Shown: in pieces, positions 1 through 9,867 of the stretch
Position numbering within the stretch: position 1 is the first letter of the stretch
Layout of the letters: each line of letters opens with the position of its first letter
From: Bdellovibrionota bacterium
GTDB taxonomy: Bacteria; Bdellovibrionota; UBA2428
Reading direction: 5' to 3'
Assembly (NCBI GenBank): GCA_041391385.1
Contig: JAWKOD010000005.1
Location: 67,071-131,070 of the forward strand
Length of the DNA stretch: 64,000 bases
Notes under the pieces: generated by a model
Told to the model about the DNA's origin: nothing
Databases searched by the model: none
The model's input: only the letters and a program-made list of their open reading frames with translations
Made by a program: the position numbers and the translations under genes

Positions 1-1451
1 AATCTATGGGATATACAGAACCCAGTCCGATTCAAGCGCAAGCTTTACCCCTGCTTCTCGGCCAAAATACTGATTTTGTTGGCTTAGCGGCTACTGGAAC
101 AGGTAAAACAGCAGCCTTTTCTATTCCGCTTTTAGAGCGTATTGAGGGGAGTGTGCGAGGAGTACAGGCCCTTATTCTTTGCCCCACACGCGAATTGGCA
201 TTGCAGGTTGCGGGTCAAATCGACCTTTTAGGCAAATACATGAACGTTCAAGCGCTTCCTATTTACGGAGGCTCAAGTTACAGCGATCAAATTCACGGAT
301 TAAAACGTGGAATGCAGATCGTAGTGGGAACTCCAGGGCGGGTGATCGATCATATGGAACGCGGAACCCTTAAGCTTGATAATCTTCATACCCTCATTTT
401 GGACGAAGCCGATGAAATGATTTCAATGGGATTTAAAGAAGAGCTCGATAAAATTTTGAGTGCCGTTCCTAAGGAGTCTTCTAACATTTGGCTTTTCAGT
501 GCGACCTTGGGTCGTGAGGTTCGTCGTGTTGCAGATGCTTATCTTACAAATCCTAAGCAGATTCAGATCAATACCAAAGAAGTTCTTTCGAATACGGTTG
601 AGCAGTATTACTACATCACGCGCGAATCCAATAAGCCTGAGGTAATTTGTAAGTTGATTGATGCCGCAGATGATTTTTACGGGATTATTTTTTGCCAAAC
701 AAAAATATTAGTGACTGAACTAAGCCGTTATCTTTCTGAGCAAGGTTACAAAGTAGATTCTCTTCATGGTGATAAAAGTCAAAATGAGCGAGAGCGAACT
801 ATGCAAGCTTTTCGCGATCGTAAAGTTAAAATGCTTATCTGCACCGATGTCGCAGCACGTGGCCTAGATGTTAAAGACGTTTCTCACGTTATTAACTACT
901 CACTTCCGCGTGAGCTCGATAGTTATGTTCACCGCATTGGTCGTACTGCTCGAAGTGGTAAGGCTGGTTTGGCGTTAAACCTAGTGACTCCTTCTCATCA
1001 GCGCTTAATCGCTCAAATTGAACGCGTAACTAAAAGTAAAATGAAAGAGGGCGTTTTGCCTACTCGCAAAGATCTCGGCGCAAAAAAAGTTGCAGCTGTT
1101 GTTGAGAAATTCAAAGGTCAAAAATTCTTCCAACGTGCCGTAGATGTTATGGGCGATGATTGGAAAGAAGCTCTTAAAGATATGAGCGCAGAAGAAATTG
1201 CAGGACGCTTTCTTTGCCTCAACTTTCCAGAAGTCTTTTTAGATAAAGAACCCACTAAGGGACACAGCTTTGGCCAGCATGAAGAACGTGCTCCTCGCCG
1301 TCGTGATGATGGCGGAGGTAGACGCAGGTTTGGTGGCGGCGGAGGTGATCGTCGAAGTGGTGGAAGTTCTCGTCGTAGCTCAGGTGGCGGAGGCGGCGGT
1401 GGATTTCGCAGAGGTCGCGCTGAAGGTTCTAGTTTTCGCGATCGAAAATAG
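1..1451 (+). CDS. DEAD-box ATP-dependent RNA helicase (5' end lies upstream of the window) with Arg/Gly-rich C-terminal tail
   Basis: PSPIQ Q-motif, Walker A AATGTGKT, DEAD box (LDEADEM), SAT, ARGLD, HRIGRTARSG. The last ~55 aa read RRRDDGGGRRRFGGGGGDRRSGG... The frame is open to base 1. Confidence 0.92.
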   Translation, partial: SMGYTEPSPIQAQALPLLLGQNTDFVGLAATGTGKTAAFSIPLLERIEGSVRGVQALILCPTRELALQVAGQIDLLGKYMNVQALPIYGGSSYSDQIHGLKRGMQIVVGTPGRVIDHMERGTLKLDNLHTLILDEADEMISMGFKEELDKILSAVPKESSNIWLFSATLGREVRRVADAYLTNPKQIQINTKEVLSNTVEQYYYITRESNKPEVICKLIDAADDFYGIIFCQTKILVTELSRYLSEQGYKVDSLHGDKSQNERERTMQAFRDRKVKMLICTDVAARGLDVKDVSHVINYSLPRELDSYVHRIGRTARSGKAGLALNLVTPSHQRLIAQIERVTKSKMKEGVLPTRKDLGAKKVAAVVEKFKGQKFFQRAVDVMGDDWKEALKDMSAEEIAGRFLCLNFPEVFLDKEPTKGHSFGQHEERAPRRRDDGGGRRRFGGGGGDRRSGGSSRRSSGGGGGGGFRRGRAEGSSFRDRK

Positions 1452-2439
1452 TCGATTCACACCAAGAGGCAAAGTCAGCTTCGTTTAATGTGAGTGCATA
1501 GAGATCAATATCTGCGGGAAGTTTGATGGTGCCTCCCCCCTTCATTTTTGCGGCTAGCGCGCTAAAAAAGACTCGTCCAATACCCGCAGTTCCAGAATAA
1601 AATGGCATTGTAATAAAAAATCCTCGCATAACCTTGACCCATTCAGCACGTGAACTTTTAGACCAAGGGCTTGTAGCGAGAGTGTTTACTCTTTGCATAA
1701 TATTTCTAAAAGCGGGTTTAGCATCCCAAGCGCCTGGAGCACGGTAAATAATTGTGTCAACGCTTGGGGATTCGTTGTGAAGCATGATAAATCCAGATTC
1801 GAGAATATTTCCTTCATTGTCGCTAAACTGATTCGTGGCAAAGCGCCAATTGCGTCTTAAATAAGTTGCATCCGAGTTGAAGCCTCCAAGGCTTTCTTCA
1901 ACATGAGTGTATACCGTGGCAAAGTTCGCAATTTGTGTTGCTTCTTCGGGGAGTGCTTCGCTCCCGTCTTTAATTTTAAGGCCTATGTGCGATCGGATAT
2001 ATTTTGAATTGTCGTCGATTCGATAATTTACTTTATAGGCCTGTTCCATCTTCTGTGTTTTTTGGTACTTTAAGTAAGCTTTTCTTAGTCGCTCTAATAC
2101 AAGCTCGGGGTGTGAGTGGGAAAGGTCGTTTGCAATCAGAGTTGCATTTTCCGCAGCCCATTTCGCAAAGGTTACAGCATTATAGCCCTTCGATGTGCCT
2201 ATTTTTGAGTGTGGAAAGTCTTCGGGAGTAAATTTGCTTGTTGGAGTACTGGAGCTGGCGTCTTGCTTCGTATTAGAGCCGATACTTAAAACATAGAGGC
2301 AACCTAGGCGAAGCCTTTGTTGAACTCCTGCTTCCAATTCATGTGGATAAAGAGTGGAGTAAATTACTAAAAAAAAGAAAAGTCTTCTTAGCAAGAGCGC
2401 AGCACCTTTCGTACTGCTTCTAGTGCACCCACTGTGCAA
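1429..2439 (-). CDS. hypothetical protein with N-terminal hydrophobic segment; C-terminal PFYSGTAGIGR motif is vaguely Fic-like
   Basis: 336-codon ORF, last gene of the nadD/M16/M16/oxidoreductase minus-strand string. Its first 52 nt overlap the upstream gene, so the TTG at 2394 may be the real start. No confident family. Confidence 0.45.
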   Translation of the reverse strand: MHSGCTRSSTKGAALLLRRLFFFLVIYSTLYPHELEAGVQQRLRLGCLYVLSIGSNTKQDASSSTPTSKFTPEDFPHSKIGTSKGYNAVTFAKWAAENATLIANDLSHSHPELVLERLRKAYLKYQKTQKMEQAYKVNYRIDDNSKYIRSHIGLKIKDGSEALPEEATQIANFATVYTHVEESLGGFNSDATYLRRNWRFATNQFSDNEGNILESGFIMLHNESPSVDTIIYRAPGAWDAKPAFRNIMQRVNTLATSPWSKSSRAEWVKVMRGFFITMPFYSGTAGIGRVFFSALAAKMKGGGTIKLPADIDLYALTLNEADFASWCESTIFDREN

Positions 2440-3896
2440 TTGACAACACTTTGCCCAGGGAAGGCGGTGTCTCCAATTTGTAAAACATTTGGAAGTAATG
2501 TTGCTTGTGTAGGGCTATTGAGGAATGAGAATTCGCGTGTGAGAGGAATTCCGCCGACAAAGCCTTCAATTCTATGGGTATAGGCGAGGAAGGTTTTGGG
2601 AGAGGCAATTTCTGAAAAAACTAATTCAGATGAAAAGACGTTTTTTGCAGCCGTCTTAAATCGCCTTAACCACAGGTCTTTTTGAGCTTCGTATTGATTT
2701 CGTTTGTCAAAAACTTTTTTCTTTTGATAGTTGGTGTAATTCCAGTTTTCAAGTTTTTCGTGAGTGCTGGCTGTGATAATTCTCAAGCCGGGGAGCGCTC
2801 TTCGGAGATCGTTTCTCTGGCTTACAGAAAAATAGAAGTCACCTTCATGATTTTTTACAAGGTGGTTAAAGGCGGAGCTTGGAAGTGACGGCTCATCATT
2901 TATAACAAGATAGGCAACAACAGCGCTCCAGAGTTTGTCTTTGTTTTTCTGCCAGGAATTAATATCGTTGTTTGGGAAAATATTCTCTTCAAAAAGTTGA
3001 GAGGAATTCCAACGAGGGGTGCTGAGCAATACGTGAGAGTAACCGGAGTAGCTTCCCATCGGAGTATGGAGGGTGTAGCCTTTGTCTCGGCTTATATGTT
3101 TTATTGGAGTTCTAAAAAACAGATGGCAGCTGTTAGTGGGAAATTTCTTTGCGAGGGTATCGAATAGTGATGCCATTCCACCTTCAAGTGCACCAGCTCC
3201 AAGTGGAAAAAAACAGAGGGCTGAAATCCCATAAAGGCTTTCTACTACTTCAGCATTTGCTTGTAGGGTGATTAACAAAAGGGAGTTGGCCCAGGACTTA
3301 AACTCGTCTGAGTAATTTTGAATAAGTTTAGAAAAAGATCTGGGATATTTCAAAAGACTAGGCACGAGTTGAATGAGTTCTCTCCATAGGGAAAGGTTTT
3401 GTGTGAGAGTATTTAATTCTAAAAAAGGTTCTGCTGGAATTTTGTAAAGAGTGCTGTTGAGAAGTCGAGCAACCTTAAAGAAATGAGGGAAGTCTTTTCT
3501 TATAAAGGGTTCATCTTGGGGGAAGTTCTTAACTAAGGCATTAATCCATGAGGCCTCACTTGTAGACTCGAGAATAAATGTGTTTGTCGTATTTTTTGTA
3601 TCAATACTAAATCGGTGCTCTACATGTTGAGTGAAGGGTGGGAGCTGCAATCCCCACCTATTGAGGACTGAGTTTAAGAATTCACCATCTTTTAATTCCC
3701 AGAGGACAGTGGCCCCGGCATCAAAAAGAACTTTTGTTTCATCTTCTTTGTTTAAGCCTACTTTCCGACGAAAGTAAGAGGCACAGCCTCCTGGCTTGGA
3801 GTGAGCTTCGAAAATATCGACTGAAAAACCTAGATGCTTCAACTCCCATGCTGCGCTGAGGCCAGCGGGGCCTGCTCCGACAACCGCAATCTTCAT
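2388..3896 (-). CDS. FAD/NAD(P)-binding oxidoreductase, phytoene-desaturase (CrtI)-like
   Basis: N-terminal dinucleotide fold MKIAVVGAGPAGLSAAWEL..IFEA..PGG. About 500 aa, with a C-terminal GDTAFPGQSV motif typical of the CrtI/amine-oxidase family. Confidence 0.7.
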   Translation of the reverse strand: MKIAVVGAGPAGLSAAWELKHLGFSVDIFEAHSKPGGCASYFRRKVGLNKEDETKVLFDAGATVLWELKDGEFLNSVLNRWGLQLPPFTQHVEHRFSIDTKNTTNTFILESTSEASWINALVKNFPQDEPFIRKDFPHFFKVARLLNSTLYKIPAEPFLELNTLTQNLSLWRELIQLVPSLLKYPRSFSKLIQNYSDEFKSWANSLLLITLQANAEVVESLYGISALCFFPLGAGALEGGMASLFDTLAKKFPTNSCHLFFRTPIKHISRDKGYTLHTPMGSYSGYSHVLLSTPRWNSSQLFEENIFPNNDINSWQKNKDKLWSAVVAYLVINDEPSLPSSAFNHLVKNHEGDFYFSVSQRNDLRRALPGLRIITASTHEKLENWNYTNYQKKKVFDKRNQYEAQKDLWLRRFKTAAKNVFSSELVFSEIASPKTFLAYTHRIEGFVGGIPLTREFSFLNSPTQATLLPNVLQIGDTAFPGQSVVNCTVGALEAVRKVLRSC

Positions 3897-3908
3897 ATTG
3901 CGTGCAAT

Positions 3909-5306
3909 CTATTTAAGCCAAGCGTTCTTAAGAACTTCTTTGTAGTTAACTTGAATTAAGTTGTAAGTAGGGAAGTACTTTTTGATAAAGGGGTTAAGTT
4001 CTGTGGCATCCCCTACAGCACCGAGAACGAGACTAGAGCTTTGAGCGAATTCCCCAAGGCGTTTTGCAGCAACCGCTTTTTTTACGGACCAATCATCGAT
4101 AGGTGTTTGGTAGAGCTCGTAGCTTAAGTCACCAGTGGCAATATCTTTTCTTCTAGAAAGGCGTCCTTCGGGAGTTGCTCCACTCTGTCTTTCACCATTT
4201 CGAAATGAAAGAAGCCAACCTGACCAAAGTGAGTCTTGAACAGATGATATAATTTTTCCGTCAGTAAATGTTTCGCTCACGATTTTATCTAAAACCTCGA
4301 AAGCTTCAGCTTGCTTGCTCCTTTGGGGGTTCGCATAAAGAGACACAATGGGATATTCGTAAAAACTGCTAAGAAGGCCTCCAACGACATAGGAGATGCC
4401 GCGCTCTTCGCGAATTCTTTTGCCGTATATGGATTCAAGTCCACCACCGGCAAGTACGTGATAGGTAAAATTGTCGGTGAGTTCTGTTTTGGGTGTCGTT
4501 TTGTCGTGAGCCACTGAGACGAATCCATAATGAATTTGAGCAAGATCTTTTTTATCTATAACTAAGAATGTAGGTTTGAGGTGCTCTTTTTGCTCGGGCA
4601 TATAGGCAGTCTTGAGTTGAGTTTTGAGAATCCCTTCTTTTACGTTGCCAGCTTTTGGGAAAATGTTTTGTGTAACCTTGAAGAGGTCTTTTTTAAGGTT
4701 TTCAGGTGCAATGATTCCAACCCAGATATCTGAGTCTCGGCTATAAAAGTTTTTGTGGAGCTCTGCAATCTCGTTGAGTTTTATCTTATCGAAGCTTTCA
4801 ATAGAATATGGAAAAAGTTTAAAGAGCTTGATGGCTACAATCTTTTGAATAGCCAGCGAGAGCAGAGAGCTTTCTCTGTCGAGAAGTGCCATATGACTTG
4901 CTTTGAGATACTTCTGAGCCCTGTTGAAGTTTTCTTTGTCTACGCGTGGGTTTTCCCAGGCATCTTTAATGAGGGTAATTAATCCCTCAGGGACTTTTCC
5001 GTTATTAAGTGGAAAAGTGGTCGAGATTTCAGCGTACTGGTATCCAGTGCTGATGCTTAGGCTTGCTCCATAACTGGAAAGTGCGTCTTTAAATTGTTGG
5101 CGAGACAGGCTTTTAGTTCCTGAATCATAAAATTCAGACAAGAATTTTAACCCTAGGTTTTCAGTGTCGCTTTGTGTGGCGCGCGCTGAGGGAATTAGAA
5201 AGTTAATCTTTATGAGGGGAAGGGGATCTTTTTCGAAATCAACAAAGACTGTAGCGTTCGCAATTGCAGATACAGTGAGAGCAATAAGAAGTAATAACTT
5301 TTTCAT
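3909..5306 (-). CDS. M16-family peptidase-like protein without the HxxEH motif (likely non-catalytic partner), signal peptide
   Basis: 465 aa, N-terminal signal MKKLLLLIALTVSAIANA. Paired with, and overlapping by 1 nt, the catalytic M16 gene upstream. Length and organisation match two-subunit M16 proteases. Confidence 0.7.
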   Translation of the reverse strand: MKKLLLLIALTVSAIANATVFVDFEKDPLPLIKINFLIPSARATQSDTENLGLKFLSEFYDSGTKSLSRQQFKDALSSYGASLSISTGYQYAEISTTFPLNNGKVPEGLITLIKDAWENPRVDKENFNRAQKYLKASHMALLDRESSLLSLAIQKIVAIKLFKLFPYSIESFDKIKLNEIAELHKNFYSRDSDIWVGIIAPENLKKDLFKVTQNIFPKAGNVKEGILKTQLKTAYMPEQKEHLKPTFLVIDKKDLAQIHYGFVSVAHDKTTPKTELTDNFTYHVLAGGGLESIYGKRIREERGISYVVGGLLSSFYEYPIVSLYANPQRSKQAEAFEVLDKIVSETFTDGKIISSVQDSLWSGWLLSFRNGERQSGATPEGRLSRRKDIATGDLSYELYQTPIDDWSVKKAVAAKRLGEFAQSSSLVLGAVGDATELNPFIKKYFPTYNLIQVNYKEVLKNAWLK

Positions 5307-6715
5307 TATTTACCTTTCCTCATGGGGTCGTTTTTGGCTGATGGTTCGATGATGATTCGAGTTCCACCGCGTTTTTTCCATTCTTTATAGCGAGCAATGA
5401 TATCTTCGCGTTTAAGTGTTTTGATTTTTTCTACGAGTTTAAAGGTGTAAAGTGGGTCTCCTGCAGCTGTGGAGTTAGTCACAAGTGTTTGAGCGAGCTC
5501 CATGGGGCTTCTAAGTGATTCAAGCTGAGATGTTTCAAAAAGCTTTTTAGAGTTTTCAAAGCGATCGCCCTTGATCCAGGGGATAAAGCCTTTCCATGCT
5601 TGGGCGTATTTCTGTTTGAGTTTTTTGGAGCTCACTCCGGGAGAGGCTACAATCCTTATCGTCGATAGAGAGGGGTCTACGTAGGGGTAGCAAGAAGCAG
5701 AAGCGCTACGGGCAATGTTTGTTTCGACAAGTTGGTTGCGCAAATAACCTAAGTCGGAATCGCCCAATAAAACACAGAAGAAAAATTCTGCAGCAGCGTT
5801 AGGATCGTGGAAGCTTGGGCCAAAAACAGCGTCAACCATGATGACACTTTGGGCTCTAAGCCGAATGGTCTTTTCTCGGTTTTTTCGGTAAATGTTTTCT
5901 TTGGGGTTAATACGGTCTTTGGACTCTACGGCTTTGTATTTTCCGTAATATTTTTCAATAAGAGAGAGAGCTTTATCTTCGTTAAAGTCTCCTACAAGTA
6001 CAAGGGTTGCTCTGTTGGGAGCATAGTAACGATTATAAAAAGATAGGGCGTCTTCGAAAGAAGCTCGGTCAATGTCTTCTTGCCAGCCTATGGGAGTGGT
6101 TTTGTACGGGTGTTTGTCGAATGCAAGTTGGTGTATCTCCCAGCCCGCTCTTCCGCTTGGAGAGTCTTCGTATCCCATTTTTCTTTCAGAAACAACGGCA
6201 CCTCTTTCTGTTTTAAAGATCTCAGGTGTGATGAGAAGTTTTCTCATTCGTTCTGATTCAAAACGAAGGGCTTCTTCGAGTTTTTGAGCAGGAACGAGTT
6301 CGTAGTAAACGGTTTGGTCAAAACTTGTGAAGGCGTTAAATTCTCCGCCCCATTCGGATAGTGTTCTAAAAGGAGTGGGAAAGCTTTCTGTTCCTCTGAA
6401 CATCATATGTTCAAAAAGGTGAGCGAGTCCGGTTTTACCGGGTTCTTCGTGGCGACTCCCCACGCTGTAGCCGACTGTAATAGCAAGGGTTCCGTTTTGA
6501 TTGCGAGGCACTAGAAGAACCTTCATGCCGTTCGCCATCGTATAGCTTTGGATTTTTAATCCGGGGTAGGGCTCAAGTGTCTCATTTTTCTTGAGTTTGT
6601 AGTTTATTCCATTACTTGAAGAGCCTTTGTTAGAACTGCTACACGAAGTCAGTAGAAGTGAAGCAACTAAGACACTTGAAAAAGAAGAGAACACTGCAGT
6701 AGCTAATCTTTGCAT
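5306..6715 (-). CDS. M16-family zinc metallopeptidase (pitrilysin-like), lipoprotein
   Basis: Inverted zinc motif HLFEHMMFRG, lipobox LLTSC, 469 aa. Confidence 0.85.
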   Translation of the reverse strand: MQRLATAVFSSFSSVLVASLLLTSCSSSNKGSSSNGINYKLKKNETLEPYPGLKIQSYTMANGMKVLLVPRNQNGTLAITVGYSVGSRHEEPGKTGLAHLFEHMMFRGTESFPTPFRTLSEWGGEFNAFTSFDQTVYYELVPAQKLEEALRFESERMRKLLITPEIFKTERGAVVSERKMGYEDSPSGRAGWEIHQLAFDKHPYKTTPIGWQEDIDRASFEDALSFYNRYYAPNRATLVLVGDFNEDKALSLIEKYYGKYKAVESKDRINPKENIYRKNREKTIRLRAQSVIMVDAVFGPSFHDPNAAAEFFFCVLLGDSDLGYLRNQLVETNIARSASASCYPYVDPSLSTIRIVASPGVSSKKLKQKYAQAWKGFIPWIKGDRFENSKKLFETSQLESLRSPMELAQTLVTNSTAAGDPLYTFKLVEKIKTLKREDIIARYKEWKKRGGTRIIIEPSAKNDPMRKGK

Positions 6716-6733
6716 GCCTTTAATTTAACAGGC

Positions 6734-7339
6734 TTAGAGTTGCTTCCACACCGATAAAACTTTGGGGCTTAAGAATTCATTAAGAGGCTGACTCAATGCC
6801 CCATCACGAATTTGTGAGGACGATATGTCTGTAACTTTATTGAAAAAGCGTAGAGAGCAATGAGGATTCAGGGAATGTAAAATTTCTTTGATCTGAGTTT
6901 CAGTTTCGTTTTCTGATTTATGACCGCGTGGAACGATCCATACTTCGTCGAGTAGGGAGAGTATTTCTTTGGGTTCTTTCCATTCTTTAAATTTTACAGC
7001 ACTGTCGCTTCCTAGAAGTAGGGCCCACTGTTCGTTGGGAGAAATAAGTTTTTTGAGAGTTTTAACGGTGTAATTTTTTTCATCAACTGATTGGAGTTCT
7101 ATGGTTTCTAAGCGACAACGTGAAAATTCTTGGTAGCTGAGAGTGCTACCCAAATCTTCAATCCATGCATTAATGAGCGAAATCTCTGCCCCAGGAGTGC
7201 TCTTTAAGGGGTTTTGTTTTGTTGGAACTATGAGGAGCTCCGCTTCGGGAGCTGCTTTAAGTGCGAGTTGTAGCATTTCGGTATGTGCCTTGTGGGGTGG
7301 ATAAAATGAGCCCCCAAAGTAAATATGTGTGATTTCCAC
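6734..7339 (-). CDS. nadD: nicotinate-nucleotide adenylyltransferase
   Basis: N-terminal GGSFYPPHKAH (GGxFxPxHxxH nucleotidyltransferase motif), ~200 aa, C-terminal ISSSQIR motif. Confidence 0.8.
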   Translation of the reverse strand: MEITHIYFGGSFYPPHKAHTEMLQLALKAAPEAELLIVPTKQNPLKSTPGAEISLINAWIEDLGSTLSYQEFSRCRLETIELQSVDEKNYTVKTLKKLISPNEQWALLLGSDSAVKFKEWKEPKEILSLLDEVWIVPRGHKSENETETQIKEILHSLNPHCSLRFFNKVTDISSSQIRDGALSQPLNEFLSPKVLSVWKQL

Positions 7340-7400
7340 CGCTATAAAACTAGCACCACTTGACCCGAACTAGAACTGTTGATACACTGCGTTACGAGTT

Positions 7401-8270
7401 ATGGTGTTGTCGAATACTCAAAAATCCTTCAAAGAAGTGAGCTTTTTTTCTAAGGGGCTAAAGCTTCATGGGCGCTATTTTCCAGCATTAGGAGTTTCCA
7501 AAGGAAATTTTTTGCTACTCCACGGACTTACTTCAAATTCAGCTTGGTTCAGCACACTTGCTCAAGGTCTCTCATCTCTTGGCTACAATGTCCTTGTTTA
7601 CGATCGAAGAGGCTCGGGCTTAAGTGGAGGCGTTCGGGGAGATGTTCCGAGCAAAGAGGCCTTTTTTTGGGATTTGCGAGCAGCTGCTGATTTTGTTTTT
7701 AATCAGTCTTCACAACCTTTGCATGTGATGGCGTTTAGTTACTCTTGGAAGCTTTCGCCGATTTTCATTAAAAAACTACAAGGTGAAAGTCGAAAAATTG
7801 AATCTCTCATTTTTGTAGCGCCAGCTTCTGATGTGCGAGAAAATTTAAAGCCTCGAGTAAAAGATGTTTTAAAAATTCTTTTTAATTGGAAAGGCCCCTA
7901 CTTTGAATCTCCTGTGAAGGATTCTCACCTTACACAAGAAGCCCAGACGCTTGAGTTTATTCAAAACTCTACAGAAAGTCGCGCACAACGCCTATTTACG
8001 CGTCGTTTTCTTTTGGCCTCTAAAACGCTGGATTCAAAAGCAGCTGCAATACTTCCTGATATAAAAAAGCCCATGCTTGTTATTATCCCAAAGGATGATC
8101 AGGTAATTGATGCTGAAAAGGTGAAGAAGCGTTTTGAAAAGGCTCCTGTCGGTTTTCCCCGTAAAATCATCAATGTAGATGGAGGCCATCTTTTAGATAG
8201 CCCTGCCGCTCAGACCCAACTGCTTGAAAAGATTATGCAGTGGGTGTCGCGCCCGACCTTAATGAATTAA
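7401..8270 (+). CDS. alpha/beta-fold hydrolase (lysophospholipase/monoacylglycerol-lipase-like)
   Basis: HGLTSNSAWF oxyanion region, nucleophile elbow AFSYS, and a C-terminal D..GGH arrangement (DDQVID ... VDGGHLL). Confidence 0.6.
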   Translation: MVLSNTQKSFKEVSFFSKGLKLHGRYFPALGVSKGNFLLLHGLTSNSAWFSTLAQGLSSLGYNVLVYDRRGSGLSGGVRGDVPSKEAFFWDLRAAADFVFNQSSQPLHVMAFSYSWKLSPIFIKKLQGESRKIESLIFVAPASDVRENLKPRVKDVLKILFNWKGPYFESPVKDSHLTQEAQTLEFIQNSTESRAQRLFTRRFLLASKTLDSKAAAILPDIKKPMLVIIPKDDQVIDAEKVKKRFEKAPVGFPRKIINVDGGHLLDSPAAQTQLLEKIMQWVSRPTLMN

Positions 8271-8280
8271 TCTAGTGTAA

Positions 8281-9342
8281 GTGCTGCAGTTTTTTCTTCT
8301 ACTCTTTAGCTTAAGTGCTTTTGCAGCGGAAAATCTTCCTGCGCCTCCCCCTCCTCCCCCAACGAACTTAGATATGGGAGCCATGAGGGCCTCTCTCTTA
8401 TCTCAAGACATTGATACTCAAAAAGTAAAGATGCGTAATTTGCCCTATAGAAGCAGGCTCATCTTTCCAAATGATACTCATAATCCCAACGGTATTGTTG
8501 TAGGAAATTATTTGGGAGGAAATGGAATGTCGGCCGTATATGAAATTCTCTCCCCTGAGGGACTGGGGGTAGTCAAGCTTCCCCTGTTTTACAACGAGAA
8601 GCCTGAGGAAAGCGCAACACACTTTCTAGATGCTTTTGGGCACGGAGATGAAATATTGAAAAAATATGGTGTTTCCAAAGTAACACTCACAAGTTACTTG
8701 CCTGGCTCTTATGTTACCGTGACCCGTCTTCCTCTGGATTCCCTGACAGCTGAGCAACTTCGTTGGAGTCATAGGGAAGAGCAGCTAAATGCCGTAGAAG
8801 CTTTAAAGAGCTTTGCTGAATCGACGGCTGCCTTTGATAATATTGGCGACTTAAAATGGAATGATTTTCATTATTCTCCTAAGGAGTTAAGTTGGACCCT
8901 CGCAGATTGGGCCGATGATAGGGCTGATAATAGTTTTTATCATGTTCTCTTTGATCCTGATCTTCCAGTAAGCGTTGAGTTTAGTGAAACGGCTCGGTCT
9001 TATTTTTCTATGCTTGGTGTGGAGAGAAGCGCTTCGGGTTTTAGACTTTTGAAAGGTGATACTCCTAGTCAGTTGTCGCAATTAACTCCTGAAGAGAGGA
9101 TTCAGGCAGCAAAGGATATCGAGGAGAGAATTCTCACTCGAAGGAGATCGCTTATAACTTCAGAAGATTATCGTCGAGATGCTGCCAGATATGGTTATGA
9201 GGGCGAAGATTTTGCTGTTTCCTTACTTAGGACTGATTTTCCACGAGACGCTAAGCAACTTGCGAAGCCTCTGAAAAAGAAACCCGTTGTAATTCAACTC
9301 TGGCGTCCCGCAAGTACCTGCAAAGCAGGGCTAGCTGAGTAG
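8281..9342 (+). CDS. Sec-exported protein with protein-kinase-like motif arrangement
   Basis: GTG start; signal MLQFFLLLFSLSAFA followed by PPPPPP. Motifs in order: LGGNGMSAVYEI (Gly loop), GVVKLP (VAIK-type Lys), GDLKWND (catalytic loop), and LADWAD 19 residues later (DFG position). Confidence 0.6.
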   Translation: MLQFFLLLFSLSAFAAENLPAPPPPPPTNLDMGAMRASLLSQDIDTQKVKMRNLPYRSRLIFPNDTHNPNGIVVGNYLGGNGMSAVYEILSPEGLGVVKLPLFYNEKPEESATHFLDAFGHGDEILKKYGVSKVTLTSYLPGSYVTVTRLPLDSLTAEQLRWSHREEQLNAVEALKSFAESTAAFDNIGDLKWNDFHYSPKELSWTLADWADDRADNSFYHVLFDPDLPVSVEFSETARSYFSMLGVERSASGFRLLKGDTPSQLSQLTPEERIQAAKDIEERILTRRRSLITSEDYRRDAARYGYEGEDFAVSLLRTDFPRDAKQLAKPLKKKPVVIQLWRPASTCKAGLAE

Positions 9343-9455
9343 CTTTGTTTAGAATTGTCTAAATACTTAACACCTCTTCATTATGTGGGCTTTTCTAGTG
9401 GCCTTTGAGGAAAAATTAATCATTTAGAGCTTCTCTAAGAAAATACAATAAAGAG

Positions 9456-9866
9456 ATGAGCAAATGGACTTTATTTAGCCTTCTATTTTTATTGAGTGTA
9501 CTTAATCCGTTGAGTGCCTCCGAGACTAATCAAGTGAGCGATGTTTGTGTTCAAGGTGTAAAAAAGACCGAAGCGAAAATTAAGAAAAACCTCGAGACCT
9601 TATGGGCCGATATTGATTCTACAGTGGGAGTTGAGTTTTTTTTAGTGGTTCTTAAGGGAAACGATAGAATGCCAGCTTCTCTTGGTTCTGTGAATATGAG
9701 TTCATCACAGTTTTATTTAGAGCTTCTTAACGGAATGAAGAAAACGTCTTTAGAGCTTTCAAGTCATGGATTAAAACTCAACACGAAAAGCATCAAAAAA
9801 ATTGAGACGTTAATTTCTGAACTTAACCAAAAGGAAAATTGCTTAGAAATTGTTGCTAAAAATTAA
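9456..9866 (+). CDS. small secreted hypothetical protein
   Basis: 136 aa ORF with signal peptide MSKWTLFSLLFLLSVLNPLSA. Co-directional with the two preceding genes. Confidence 0.5.
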   Translation: MSKWTLFSLLFLLSVLNPLSASETNQVSDVCVQGVKKTEAKIKKNLETLWADIDSTVGVEFFLVVLKGNDRMPASLGSVNMSSSQFYLELLNGMKKTSLELSSHGLKLNTKSIKKIETLISELNQKENCLEIVAKN

Positions 9867-9867
9867 A

